NCBI RefSeq assembly: GCF_963921235.1
Contig: NC_086097.1
Span: 232,936,001-233,000,000 of the forward strand
Source of the DNA: Mobula hypostoma
Taxonomy: Eukaryota
Direction of reading: 5' to 3'
Length of the DNA: 64,000 nt
In this document: piece after piece, positions 37,170-49,144 of the stretch
Layout of the letters: each line of letters starts with the position of its first letter
How positions within the stretch are numbered: position 1 is the first letter of the stretch
Program-made: the position numbers and the translations under genes
Notes under the pieces: model-generated
Seen by the model: only the letters and a program-made list of their open reading frames with translations
Databases searched by the model: none
What the model was told of the DNA's origin: nothing

Positions 37170-40169
37170 TTGGGGGGTGGGAATCAAATTAAAGCGGCTA
37201 GGTGTGAGGAGGTTAGTTCACAACAGAGGGATGGGAACCAATGCAGAGAGACAGAGGGGTGTAAAGTGAGCGTAGAAGCAAAAAGTACAAAGGGGAAAAG
37301 TAAAAGTGGCAGGCCGACAAATCCAGGGCAAGCAATAAAAAGGGCTAAGAGAGTTGTAAAAGAGCGCCTGAAGGCTTTATGTGTCAATGCAAGGAGCATT
37401 CGTAATAAGGTGGATGAATTGAAAGTGCAGATTGTTATTAATGATTATGATATAGTTGGGATCACAGAGACATGGCTCCAGGGTGACCAGGGATGGGAGC
37501 TCAACGTTCAGGGATATTCAATATTCAGGAGGGATAGACATGAAGGAAGGGGAGGTGGGGTGGCGTTGCTGGTTAAAAAAGAGATTAACGCAATAGAAAG
37601 GAAGGACATAAGCCGGGAAGATGTGGAATCGATATGGGTAGAGCTGCGTAACACTAAGGGGCAGAAGACGCTGGTGGGAGTTGTGTACAGGCCACCTAAC
37701 AGTAGTAGTGAGGTCGGAGATGGTATTAAACAGGAAATTAGAAATGTGTGCAATAAAGGAACAGCAGTTATAATGGGTGACTTCAATCTACATGTAGACT
37801 GGGTGAACCAAATTGGTAAAGGTGCTGAGGAAGAGGATTTCTTGGAATGTATGCGGGATGGTTTTTTGAACCAACATGTCGAGGAACCGACTAGAGAGCA
37901 GGCTATTCTGGACTGGGTTTTGAGCAATGAGGAAGGGTTAATTAGCGATCTTGTTGTGAGAGGCCCCTTGGGTAAGAGTGACCATAATATGGTGGAATTC
38001 TTCATTAACATGGAGAGTGACGTAGTTAATTCAGAAACAAAGGTTCTGAATTTAAAGAGGGGTAACTTTGAAGGTATGAGACGTGAATTAGCTAAGATAG
38101 ACTGGCAAATGACACTTCAAGGATTGACGGTGGATATGCAATGGCAGGCATTTAAAGGTTGCATGGATGAACTACAACAATTGTTCATCCCAGTTTGGCA
38201 AAAGAATAAATCAAGGAAGGTAGTGCACCCGTGGCTGACAAGAGAAATTAGGGATAGTATCAATTCCAAAGAAGTAGCATACAAATTAGCCAGAGAAAGT
38301 GGCTCACCTGAGGACTGGGAGAAATTCAGAGTTCAGCAGAGGAGGACAAAGGGCTTAATTAGGAAGGGGAAAAAAGATTATGAGAGAAAACTGGCAGAGA
38401 ACATAAAAACGGACTGTAAAAGCTTTTATAGATATGTAAAAAGGAAAAGACTGATAAAGACAAATGTAGGTCCCCTGCAAACAGAAACAGGTGAATTGAT
38501 TATGGGGAGCAAGGACATGGCAGACCAATTGAATAATTACTTTGGTTCTGTCTTCACTAAGGAGGACATAAATAATCTTCCAGAAATAGTAAGGGACAGA
38601 GGGTCCAGTGAGATGGAGGAACTGAGCGAAATACATGTTAGTAGGGAAGTGGTGTTAGGTAAATTGAAGGGATTGAAGGCAGATAAATCCCCGGGGCCAG
38701 ATGGTCTGCATCCCAGAGTGCTTAAGGAAGTGGCCCAAGAAATAGTGGATGCATTAGTGATAATTTTTCAAAACTCGTTAGATTCTGGACTAGTTCCTGA
38801 GGATTGGAGGGTGGCTAATGTAACCCCACTTTTTAAAAAAGGAGGGAGAGAGAAACCGGGGAATTATAGGCCGGTTAGCCTAACGTCGGTGGTGGGGAAA
38901 CTGCTGGAGTCAGTTATCAAGGATGTGATAACAGCACATTTGGAAAGCGGTGAAATGATCGGACAAAGTCAGCATGGATTTGTGAAAGGAAAATCATGTC
39001 TGATGAATCTCATAGAATTTTTTGAGGATGTAACTAGTAGAGTGGATAGGGGAGAACCAGTGGATGTGGTATATTTGGATTTTCAAAAGGCTTTTGACAA
39101 GGTCCCACACAGGAGATTAGTGTGCAAACTTAAAGCACACGGTATTGGGGGTAAGGTATTGGTGTGGGTGGAGAATTGGTTAGCAGACAGGAAGCAAAGA
39201 GTGGGAATAAACGGGACCTTTTCAGAATGGCAGGCGGTGACTAGTGGGGTACCGCAAGGCTCAGTGCTGGGACCCCAGTTGTTTACAATATATATTAATG
39301 ACTTGGATGAGGGAATTAAATGCAGCATCTCCAAGTTTGCGGATGACACGAAGCTGGGTGGCAGTGTTAGCAGTGAGGAGGATGCTAAGAGGATGCAGGG
39401 TGACTTGGATAGGTTGGGTGAGTGGGCAAACTCATGGCAGATGCAATTTAATGTGGATAAATGTGAAGTTATCCACTTTGGTGGCAAAAATAGGAAAACA
39501 GATTATTATCTGAATGGTGGCCGATTAGGAAAAGGGGAGGTGCAACGAGACCTGGGTGTCATTATACACCAGTCATTGAAAGTGGGCATGCAGGTACAGC
39601 AGGCGGTGAAAAAGGCGAACGGTATGCTGGCATTTATAGCGAGAGGATTCGAGTACAGGAGCAGGGAGGTACTACTGCAGTTGTACAAGGCCTTGGTGAG
39701 ACCACACCTGGAGTATTGTGTGCAGTTTTGGTCCCCTAATCTGAGGAAAGACATCTTTGCCATAGAGGGAGTACAAAGAAGGTTCACCAGATTGATTCCT
39801 GGGATGGCAGGTCTTTCATATGAAGAAAGACTGGATGAACTGGGCTTGTACTCGTTGGAATTTAGAAGATTGAGGGGGGATCTGATTGAAACGTATAAGA
39901 TCCTAAAGGGATTGGACAGGCTAGATGCGGGAAGATTGTTCCCGATGTTGGGGAGGTCTAGAACGAGGGGTCACAGTTTGAGGATAGAGGGGAAGCCTTT
40001 TAGGACCGAGGTTAGGAAAAACTTCTTCACACAGAGAGTGGTGAATCTGTGGAATTCTCTGCCACAGCAAACTGTTGAGGCCAGTTCATTAGCTATGTTT
40101 AAAAGGAAGTTAGATATGGCCCTTGTGGCTACAGGGGTCAGGGGGTATGGAGGGAAGGCTGGGTTCTGA
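37170..40169 (+). CDS. Intact CR1 ORF2 (APE endonuclease + RT), 999 codons
   Basis: Uninterrupted frame with NARS, ITETW, GDFN, SDH, PGPDG, PQGSVLGP and KFADD; 3' UTR and (TTTCTATG)n tail to ~40265. Confidence 0.97.
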   Translation: MGGGNQIKAARCEEVSSQQRDGNQCRETEGCKVSVEAKSTKGKSKSGRPTNPGQAIKRAKRVVKERLKALCVNARSIRNKVDELKVQIVINDYDIVGITETWLQGDQGWELNVQGYSIFRRDRHEGRGGGVALLVKKEINAIERKDISREDVESIWVELRNTKGQKTLVGVVYRPPNSSSEVGDGIKQEIRNVCNKGTAVIMGDFNLHVDWVNQIGKGAEEEDFLECMRDGFLNQHVEEPTREQAILDWVLSNEEGLISDLVVRGPLGKSDHNMVEFFINMESDVVNSETKVLNLKRGNFEGMRRELAKIDWQMTLQGLTVDMQWQAFKGCMDELQQLFIPVWQKNKSRKVVHPWLTREIRDSINSKEVAYKLARESGSPEDWEKFRVQQRRTKGLIRKGKKDYERKLAENIKTDCKSFYRYVKRKRLIKTNVGPLQTETGELIMGSKDMADQLNNYFGSVFTKEDINNLPEIVRDRGSSEMEELSEIHVSREVVLGKLKGLKADKSPGPDGLHPRVLKEVAQEIVDALVIIFQNSLDSGLVPEDWRVANVTPLFKKGGREKPGNYRPVSLTSVVGKLLESVIKDVITAHLESGEMIGQSQHGFVKGKSCLMNLIEFFEDVTSRVDRGEPVDVVYLDFQKAFDKVPHRRLVCKLKAHGIGGKVLVWVENWLADRKQRVGINGTFSEWQAVTSGVPQGSVLGPQLFTIYINDLDEGIKCSISKFADDTKLGGSVSSEEDAKRMQGDLDRLGEWANSWQMQFNVDKCEVIHFGGKNRKTDYYLNGGRLGKGEVQRDLGVIIHQSLKVGMQVQQAVKKANGMLAFIARGFEYRSREVLLQLYKALVRPHLEYCVQFWSPNLRKDIFAIEGVQRRFTRLIPGMAGLSYEERLDELGLYSLEFRRLRGDLIETYKILKGLDRLDAGRLFPMLGRSRTRGHSLRIEGKPFRTEVRKNFFTQRVVNLWNSLPQQTVEASSLAMFKRKLDMALVATGVRGYGGKAGF

Positions 40170-40265
40170 GTTGGATGATCAGCCATGATCATAATAAATG
40201 GCGGTGCAGGCTCGAAGGGCCGAATGGCCTACTCCTGCACCTATTTTCTATGTTTCTATGTTTCT

Positions 40266-40865
40266 ATAAGACCATAAGACAAAGGAGCAGAAGTTGGCCA
40301 TTCGGCCCATCGAGTCTGCTCCGCCATTTTATCATGAGCTGATCCATTCTCCCATTTAGTCCCACTCCCCAGCCTTCTCACCATAATCTTTGATACCCTG
40401 GCTACTCAGATACCTATCAATCTCTGCCTTAAATACACCCAATGACGTGGCCTCCACTGCTGCCTGTGGCAACAAATTCCATAGATTCACCACCCTTTGA
40501 CTAAAAAAATTTCTTCGCATTTCTGTTCTGAATGGGCGCCCTTCAATCCTTAAGTCATGCCCTCTCGTACTAGACTCCCCCATCATGGGAAACAACTTTG
40601 CCACATCCACTCTGTCCATGCCTTTTAACATTTGAAATGTTTCTATGAGGTCTCCCCTCATTCTTCTAAACTCCATGGAATATAGTCCAAGAGTGGACAA
40701 ACGTTCCTCATATGTTAACCCTCTCATTCCCGGAATCATTCTAGTGAATCTTCTCTGTACCCTCTCCAACGTCAGCACATCCTTTCTTAAGTAAGGAGAC
40801 CAAAACTGCCCACAGTACTCCAAGTGAGGTCTCACCGGCGCCTTATAGAGCCTCAACATCATTAA
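40266..40865 (-). mobile_element. 5'-truncated CR1, antisense
   Basis: ORF 40356-40874 is the CR1 ORF2 C-terminus; tail reads CATAAGAC repeats on the plus strand. Confidence 0.9.
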
Positions 40866-42621
40866 CATATACATTAATGATCTGGATGAAGGGGTGGTAA
40901 ATTGGATGAGTAAATATGCAGATGATACTAAGATAGGTGGAGTTGAGGATAATGAAGTAGGTTTTCAAAGCTTGCTGAGAGAATTAGGCCAGTTAGAAGA
41001 GTGGGCTGAAAGATGGCAGTTGGAGTTTAATGCTGATAAATGTGAAGTGCTACATTTTGGTAGGACTAATCAAAATAGGACATACATGGTAAATGGTAGG
41101 GCATTAAAGAATGCTTTCGAACAGAGGGATCTAGGAATAATGGTGCATAGTTCCCTGAAGGTGGAATCTCATATGGATAGGTTGGTGAAGAAAGCTTTTG
41201 GTATGCTGACCTTTATAAATCAGAGCATTGAGTATAGGAGTTGGGATGTAATGTTGAAATTGTACAAGGCATTGGTGAGGCCAAATTTGGAGTATTGTGT
41301 ACAGTTTTGGTCACCGAATCATAGGAAAGATGTCAACAAAATAGAGAGAGTACAGAGAAGATTTACTAGAATGCTACGTGGGTTTCATCACCTAAGTTAC
41401 AGAGAAAGGTTGAACATGTTGGGTCTTTATTCTTTGGAACGTAGAAGGTTGAGGGGGGACTTGATAGAGGTGTTTCAAATTATGAAGGGGATAGATAGAG
41501 TTGACGTGGATAGGTTTTTTCCATTGAGAGCGGGGGAGATTCAAACAAGAAGACATGAGTTGAGAGTTAAAGGGCAAAAGTTTAGGGGTAACATGAGGGG
41601 GAACTTCTTTACTCAGAGAGTGGCAGCTGTGTGGAACGAGCTTCCAGCAGAAGTGGTTGAGGCAGGTTCGATGTTGTCATTTAAAGTTAAACTGGACAGC
41701 TATATGGACAGGAAAGGAATGGAGGGTTATGGGCTGAGTGCAGGTCGGTGGGACTAGGTAAGAGTAAGAGTTTGGCATGGACTAAAGGGCCAAGGTGGCC
41801 TGTTTCCATGCTGTAATTGTTATATGGTTATATGTTATAAATAGGAAGGGATTCAGGTAAAATGTTGCTTCACCTATAATGAGCACATGGGGCATCTGAG
41901 TGATGCCGAGGGAAGAAGGAAAAGGGGAGGCGTTGCATCTCCCCCATGCCATGGAATTTCCAAATTTTCCTCATTCTGATGAAAGACGATGATATTGAAA
42001 TGTTAGCTTTGCCTCTTTCTTTGCTGGTGCTGCCTGGCCTCCTGAGAGCTTCCAACACTTTATATGATGTACATGAAGATTGATATGCTCATGCAATGGA
42101 GAAAAAAGAAAGATACACTTTTTACACATCTTTCATCAGACTCCTGAGATCACGTGCTCATTTTCTTCTAATAGAACCATTTAAAAAATAAATTTTATTT
42201 GAATGGAGACATTCATGACCTCAACACGTCCCCAAACACTTGGCAGCCAGTAAAATCCTTCTCAGTGGTAATCACTGTTAAAGTGTCAGTACAGCCTGCT
42301 CTGTTTTAAACTGAGCCATGGGATTTTTATCATATCGACCTGAATGGGCAGACAAGCATCTGAGACAAAGGAGGAATTCAACACGACCTCACTGAAAACC
42401 TTTCCAATTAAATAATTTCTTGGATCACTACTTCACCACAAACTACATAACTTCCCCTGAGCATGGATTTTCAAAGTGCGAGTTGGCCATGCGGCGCTGC
42501 AGTTCATCATAAAGCTTGAGAAAAATAAAGAAACAGGGAACTGACTTTGAAGGGGATCCTCTTGGGTAGATTTGACATTGGTGCATTTACTCTATTTAAA
42601 AAGTTGCAACAGCTGTGACAA

Positions 42622-42817
42622 ACACGAGGAAATCTGCAGATGCTGGAATTTCAAGCAACACACATAAAAGTTGCTGGTGAATGCAGCAGGCCAGGCAGCA
42701 TCTATTGGAAGGGGTACAGTCGATGTTTCGGGGGTCTCAGCTCGAAACCGTCGACGGTACCTCTTCCAATAGATGCTGCCTGGCCTGCTGCGTTCACCAG
42801 CAACTTTTATGTGTGTT
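42622..42817. mobile_element. Fold-back Penelope-like pLTR mini-insertion
   Basis: ~75-bp inverted arms (42656-42730 and 42743-42817); 13-bp TSD ACAGCTGTGACAA at 42609-42621 and 42818-42830. Confidence 0.85.
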
Positions 42818-43060
42818 ACAGCTGTGACAAGTTACCTTGCTTCTAGTTACTGTATGCACTAGTATTATTAATAAACTGCATCATGTTTGCATCACGTGAT
42901 TGTTAAGTTGAAGTTTTTTTAAAGAAACAGATATTGAATGACTAGTTTATCTCTTCATCCTCTTGAGCAGTTCCCTTAGGATTAAGAATGACCCGTTTCC
43001 ACTCAGGTTTTGTGGGTTCAAACCAATAAAGACCTCCAGACTCTTTCTCATATTCATATA

Positions 43061-43130
43061 CAGTACTGTGCAAATGTCTTAGCCACTTATATATCTTAGC
43101 TAGGACGCCTGAGACTTTTGCACAGTACTG
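43061..43130. mobile_element. 70-bp Tc1/mariner-type MITE
   Basis: TIRs CAGTACTGTGCAAATGTCT and AGACTTTTGCACAGTACTG, flanked by TA on both sides. Confidence 0.8.
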
Positions 43131-46100
43131 TAAGTTGTCATGTGGAGCAGAGAGCAAGTTTGTCAATCTGGCGGGAGCCATGGATGTTGGGACTGGCAAG
43201 GGTGGAGCACCGCAGGAGAGGTGTGGGACAGGTGACAGGGAGGGAGTCCCAGGGTGGTGGTTTAATTATCATTCAACCATACATGAATATCCATGAATAC
43301 AGCCAAATGAAACAGTCTTCCTCTGGGGCCAGGATGCAAAACACAGTACCAACAGTCACACACACCACAAATAGCACATATAAGACAGCAAGCAAACATG
43401 CAGTCACACAAGACATATATAGCCCACGTCCCTGAGTGACATGTCCTGTAAATTAATGGTGCATGGGTGTTATCGGTAAGAACAAGCAATTCTTGCAGAG
43501 GGACTACACATGCACACATGCAATCCAGCTTTTCATTCCACCAAGCGAACACCGGAGGAAGCACCAGCGGGAAGGGGCAGCCCCCAACCAGGCATGGACA
43601 CCTTGCTACTCCGCCTCCAGGGTCTCCTCTCCTGGACTACTGCAACAGGCAAGCCCGCGGCTTGGGCATAATCTTCACTACAACCAAAACCACACAACTC
43701 CCCCATTATCTGCCTCACCAAAAACAAGGGAAAAGGACTTGCAGCATTTTACATTATCAATGTCCAACCAGGTCAGACGAATGCAAGAGGAACATCCAAG
43801 ACAATCACTCACTCTTAGACTGCACACCGCCTTGGCGTCCTGACACCAATGACTTCCTGTAGCAGGCAGTAACGTGGTTGGTGCACACCAAGCTCAGCTC
43901 CTCCACCAATGAGCAGCTCACTGATGGGGTAGAGCTGCAGTATCTGAAGTTCTTAATGTGCAGCATTGTCCTGCGATCACAAAAAAAAGGCTTTACAAAA
44001 AGACAAAAACACCCGGAGAGAAGATGCCAGTTCCAACTCAACAGTGACACCCTTGCTTCTTTCAGACTAAGGTCCACTCCAGTGACTTCAAAGATTCATT
44101 TTATTGTCAAAGTATGCATGTATATTACAACTCTGATAGTTGTCTTCATCAGATAGCCATTAAATAGAGAAAGACCATTGGTGTTGATGAAAGAAAGACA
44201 TCAGATCTCCCTAACCGGCACGTAAAAGAAAAGAAACAAAACTCACAGACCCCAAAATCCACCCCCCTCGCCCACAGCAAAAATAAACAGCCACAATGAT
44301 GATCAATGGTACCCTGCACATAACAATCCCCGACCCCCCCACTTGCAGAATGGAACAGTGACAGAAGCACCAAGCACCCAACCCCCTATCTTACACTCAA
44401 AAAATTAGCAGATCACACAACCCAGAAAGAAAATACGGAAAAACTAAGAGAAACCAATATAAAGTACAGTCCAGTAATCACATACATCTCAGAATATGAG
44501 AAACATCTTTTTGTCTGCATACCAGGAGAGTAGCCGCATGAGCTCAGTCCTTCTATAAAGAGTGACCGCCGACTCGGGTCCTAACGCCGATCCAGGGCCG
44601 AACGCCAAGTGTCTCTGACACCTCAACACCTGAGGTTCCACTTGAATACAGTCCAAAAGAGCATTGACTTGGAGGAAGTCCATGGGTGTTGATGAAAGAG
44701 AAAACATCAACTCCCTCCTTTCAGCTGAGATAATATAACTGAGACCAATGCCAAGCCTCTCAAAGTGAAAGAGTCGAGGAATTCTTCAAGTGGCAATACA
44801 TCAAGAACAAATTAACTGGTTATTTAATTAACTCTGATTCATCAAAATTGGCTATTGTGTCTTCCAAATCGACTTTACTTCAAAATTGATCATTTTTAGG
44901 CAGCTTATGTTGAGGAAAAGTGGTAAATAATTGTTAAGAATGCTTTGCTTTCTCGTGACAACCATCTTCAGTTGTGACTCATTACTGGAACTTAAGTTAA
45001 CCAGTGACTGAAATACTTACAGTATTTGATAATAAAACGTCATCCATAACTGCACTAGGCCCCAGTAAATACTCCTGGAAATCAAATGGCAGTGACCATA
45101 CTTAGGAATACCTTGTTCTATTTTGACCTCTGTGTCTGGCTAATTAAAGATTACATATTAAATATTACAGATTAAAGGTGGTAGATGATCTTTATTTGCT
45201 AGATTTATATTGAAACATACAGTGAAATGCATAATTTGCATTTAAGAATGGTTTTCTTAGGCCTGGGAATTACCAGGAGCTGTTCTTTTCTGGCAAATGC
45301 TATTATTCATGAAGTGATAACTCCATTTATCTTGGGTCTTCTCAGCATTTTTAGTGAATAATACCAGTGGAACGCAAGTAGCTCTGGGAAGTTTCACATG
45401 CTTAAGTTATCTTAGATGAATTACTTTCAGGCTGTGATTGGACAGTGAAATAAAGCGAGTTGCTTTACTCCTTTATTGAACTCAGAGTGACTGGCTTGCC
45501 CCCTTGTCTCCAAATACTTATTCATTTACTGCCCATTACGCCACTGGTGTTTAGAACAGCCATGAAGATTCTCCATCTCTGCCAGTGATCAGGGCTTCCT
45601 TCGTCATGCCAGTAGCTTCCTCTCAGTTTTCACTGCTGTCAGTCATGCGAGTCCTGGGTGGAGACTCAGGAATACAGTCACGCTCAGATGTAGAAGGATT
45701 CTTCATTGCTGGTTCCATAACAGTTTTGTTTTACCAGTCAGGGTTGTTAGTCCTGAGCTGATCCCCCAAACCTGGAGGACCAGTGGACCACTATTCGTCT
45801 GGCCTCTCCTCTTAGTATGACTTATTTGGCACAGGTGCCCCTACCAAGCGCCAAAACATGAAGCCCTGCCAACATAACTCTCTGGGTCATTGGGGCATGC
45901 AGGCCTCCAAAGTCAGCAACGAGGTTGTGGTCCTCTTGGAGATTGTCATTAAATGAACAGAATCAAGCAACGGGTGACTTCTGGAACAGACAAATGAAGA
46001 GCCACGATGTGAAGGTGTAAACGACCTTGTAATCAAAATCAGTCGTGTTATCATACTGCAGTGTATCACCAACCAAATTTCCACTCCAGTCCAATTCTAC

Positions 46101-48705
46101 AGTCTAAATTACTTTAAATTATTATGTATAGTTTAAGTTTGATGTTTTATTTACAAATGAGAAATATGTATGTATTTCCACTGATGTGAAAATAGATACT
46201 TAAATCAAACAAAAGTTGTCTCCTCCATTTATCCTTTACAGACAAGTGATGATACCGTTATTTCATAGCAAACTGCTCAGCCTGGCTCTGACTTTTTGCT
46301 CCTTAGCAAGACTTCTACAAATAATAAATGTAAACCCTATAGAATTAATTTCCCTTATGTGTTCATATTAAAATCCTACCTGCACTATTTTAATACACTT
46401 ATTAACCTGTTTATTTTAAATGGGCTCAAACCTATATTAAAATAGGGCAGGCACAAATTTAAAGGCAATTCTTGTAACCATTGTGCTAAACATAGTACAT
46501 ACAGGAAATTATACAGCCAGAAGGAGCCACAAGTAATGCATCTTGATTTGGTGCAGTTTGGATGCAGGAGCTGTTATCTGACCAGTGTATGGTGGAGAGT
46601 TTCATTCTGAATGGAAGTGAAGGCCTGTAGTTTTCACCTGAATAAATACAGCATTTTTTTTGCTACATTCCTAAAATAGAATGGACCTTTGAAAGGGCAA
46701 TCCACTGGAGAATAATGATTTTGTTTTTATCTTTCTATGTTGACCGTGAATGACAAGGTCTACTTGTGTAAGGTTCAAATGCACTTGAGAAAGTGGGTCA
46801 AGTGCACCTACGTGCTACTTGTGATGGATAGTTAGAGGAATGTTTCAGCCGCAGAATGTCTCTGGGTTTAGGAATTACAATAAAAACTGTTTACTGCCAC
46901 TTTTTACCTGAGTCATCATCAAAATTAGCATCTAGGTCAAAGATAGCTGATTTTAAAACAAAAGCTGTTGGATAAAGTAGCAGGCACAAGAAGCATAAAC
47001 AGCACTTTATTGATAGTGCTGTGCATTCTCAAAATATTCTCATCCTTAGCTGATCCTTATGTCTGATTTCCCCATTGAAATTTTCAATGTACAGGATTGG
47101 ATAGTCCAATCTCAGATGTCCACCTATCTGGACAGTTTGTCGATATAAGTTGTAGAATCAGGATGTGAAATTAGATAGTGCCAGCCAGGTAATAGACACG
47201 GAGGACAGGAATTGACCCCTGTCCCAGAACGGGGGTGCCTAATGCACACAGTATGGGACCTAAGCCTCAGTAACATCTGATTGGGAAGCTCTGCAGAGAT
47301 AACCCAGGCAACTTCCAAGTGCTGTTCTGGAGAAATCAGGAGGGGACACTGAGAGAAGGTGGGACAATCAGGACCATATAGGTAGGAGCTGGTAGTCAGA
47401 TGCCGGGTGTAAGGTCCTTACCATATAAGGAGTGATTTTCCAAACTCTACATTATGTTACTATTTTTAAATCCTTTCAACAACATCTGCTGGTGGCCTCT
47501 TTAAGGTTATTGGTTGTCTACAGGTTCAGGTTTATTTATCACATGTAGCAGACTTGATGGGCTGAATGGCCTAATCTTTCTCCTATCTCTTATCCACATG
47601 TAGCATGCAGTGGAACGCACAGTTTGCGTTAGCAATGAACTGATGTGCTGGCGGCAGCCCGCATGTGTCCTCATACATTCCGGCACCAACACAGCACATC
47701 CACATGGCTCGGAAGAGCCATACGGAATGCAGTGAGCAACATGATATCAACAAGCTCCTTTCCTCCCTCCCACACAGTCAGTCCTCCAACTCCAGGGCAA
47801 GATGCCGCCAAATCTGTGCATGCGTAGGTTTGATCTTAAACTCACAAAGACACCCTACTTGCTGCATTCAGAATATTGACAGAGTTCTCAAATGGTTGTG
47901 AGACACCTCTGCTTAGGGACTTATGTCTTGTCCAAGCACTGCACCCGAATGCTTTTACTGTTGTATGTGCCACCCGCTATGTTGTATGCTAAGATTCCAA
48001 TTTTCTGCTTATTAAAGAACACAGAAGAATAAGAAATAGCATTTATTTGACTTTTCAAGATTGTTATGGCCAGGAGATTTAGTGGGGATAAGTTCTCACT
48101 ATCTATTAAATGTTCCCAATGATGTGTGCCTGAAATAGCTTCTGGCAACCAAGTCCATCTGCAGGCCTCATATGTGGCTTAGCTACTAAGCCCAAAAATT
48201 GTTTCCACTGACAGAAGAGGGGGCAATGGCGGGTTATTGCTGCCTTAAAACTAGCCACTTCGGGCAGATGGGGTCATCAGCCATGGTTGGCAGCTCATCT
48301 TGGAGAAGGAAAACTCTGACCTCAAACATTTGTGCCTTGCGTCTATACCTACTCATGGTGAAAGGCTTCAGGAATAAACCCTGAGGGAACAATCCGGAGC
48401 TGCAGTCCCTAAGGCAGTCTTACATTGAGGTCAACGCTGAATGGCAACTCCTGCGATGCTGCTGGCCGGACCCAAACTGTGTCAGTCTCTGCTGTTCCTT
48501 TAGATTCAACAGACGCATGGAGATGGGGAGCTTGCTACATTGGTAACAGCTTGCTCTCCATATTGTACTGCCCTGGCTTGTGTATCTAAACAACCAAGAT
48601 GCAACATCCATGGTTAACCCTGACTGATGGAGGCCTAATTAACAAATCAGCATGTATGAGTTAATATTACCTGCTCCTTCCCAATCCAGCTCCAGGTATT
48701 TGCTT

Positions 48706-48885
48706 AACACATCAAAGTTGCTGGTGAAGGAAGAGCTCTTCCTTCAGTTAGGCCTGACGAGAGGTCTCTGCCCGAAACGTCGACTGTATCTCTTCCTAGA
48801 GATGCTGCCTGGCCTGCTGTGTTCACCAGCAACTTTGATGTGTGTTGCTTGAATTTCCAGCATCCGCAGAATTCCTCGTGTTTAC
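48706..48885 (+). mobile_element. Penelope-like pLTR mini-insertion with hammerhead motif
   Basis: 14-bp TSD CCAGGTATTTGCTT (48692-48705, 48886-48899); CTGACGA...GAAAC-GTC-GACT at 48754-48785; short inverted 5' piece. Confidence 0.85.
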
Positions 48886-49144
48886 CCAGGTATTTGCTTG
48901 AAGCTTCAAGTAACTTAAATGTTTGTCAAAATCCGTCCTAAAACCTGAATGAAAAATAATTATAATCTTTGCATTCAATCTCAGTCATGATATTTATTTG
49001 AAGAAGATACTTCTAAGAAAAAGAGGATAAAAGATGATAAATTCCTTAATGATAAATAAAAAGTAATTTCCAAAAAAACATATCATCTCTTTTTAGGAAG
49101 AATAGCTTCCACCCTGCAAAACACTGGAGGACAAAGACGAGAAA

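Larger units (their letters stand above)
36380..41838 (+). mobile_element. Host CR1 (36380-36974 and 40866-41838) split by two nested CR1 insertions
   Basis: The FVIY|INDLD motif is split, with TSD CATATAC at 36968-36974 and 40866-40872; ORF 40894-41757 has KYADD. Confidence 0.9.

Noticed and set aside
37508..39787. Antisense ORFs over CR1 ORF2 (and similar ones over other CR1 copies)
   Set aside because: Shadow frames of the coding strand with no independent signals.
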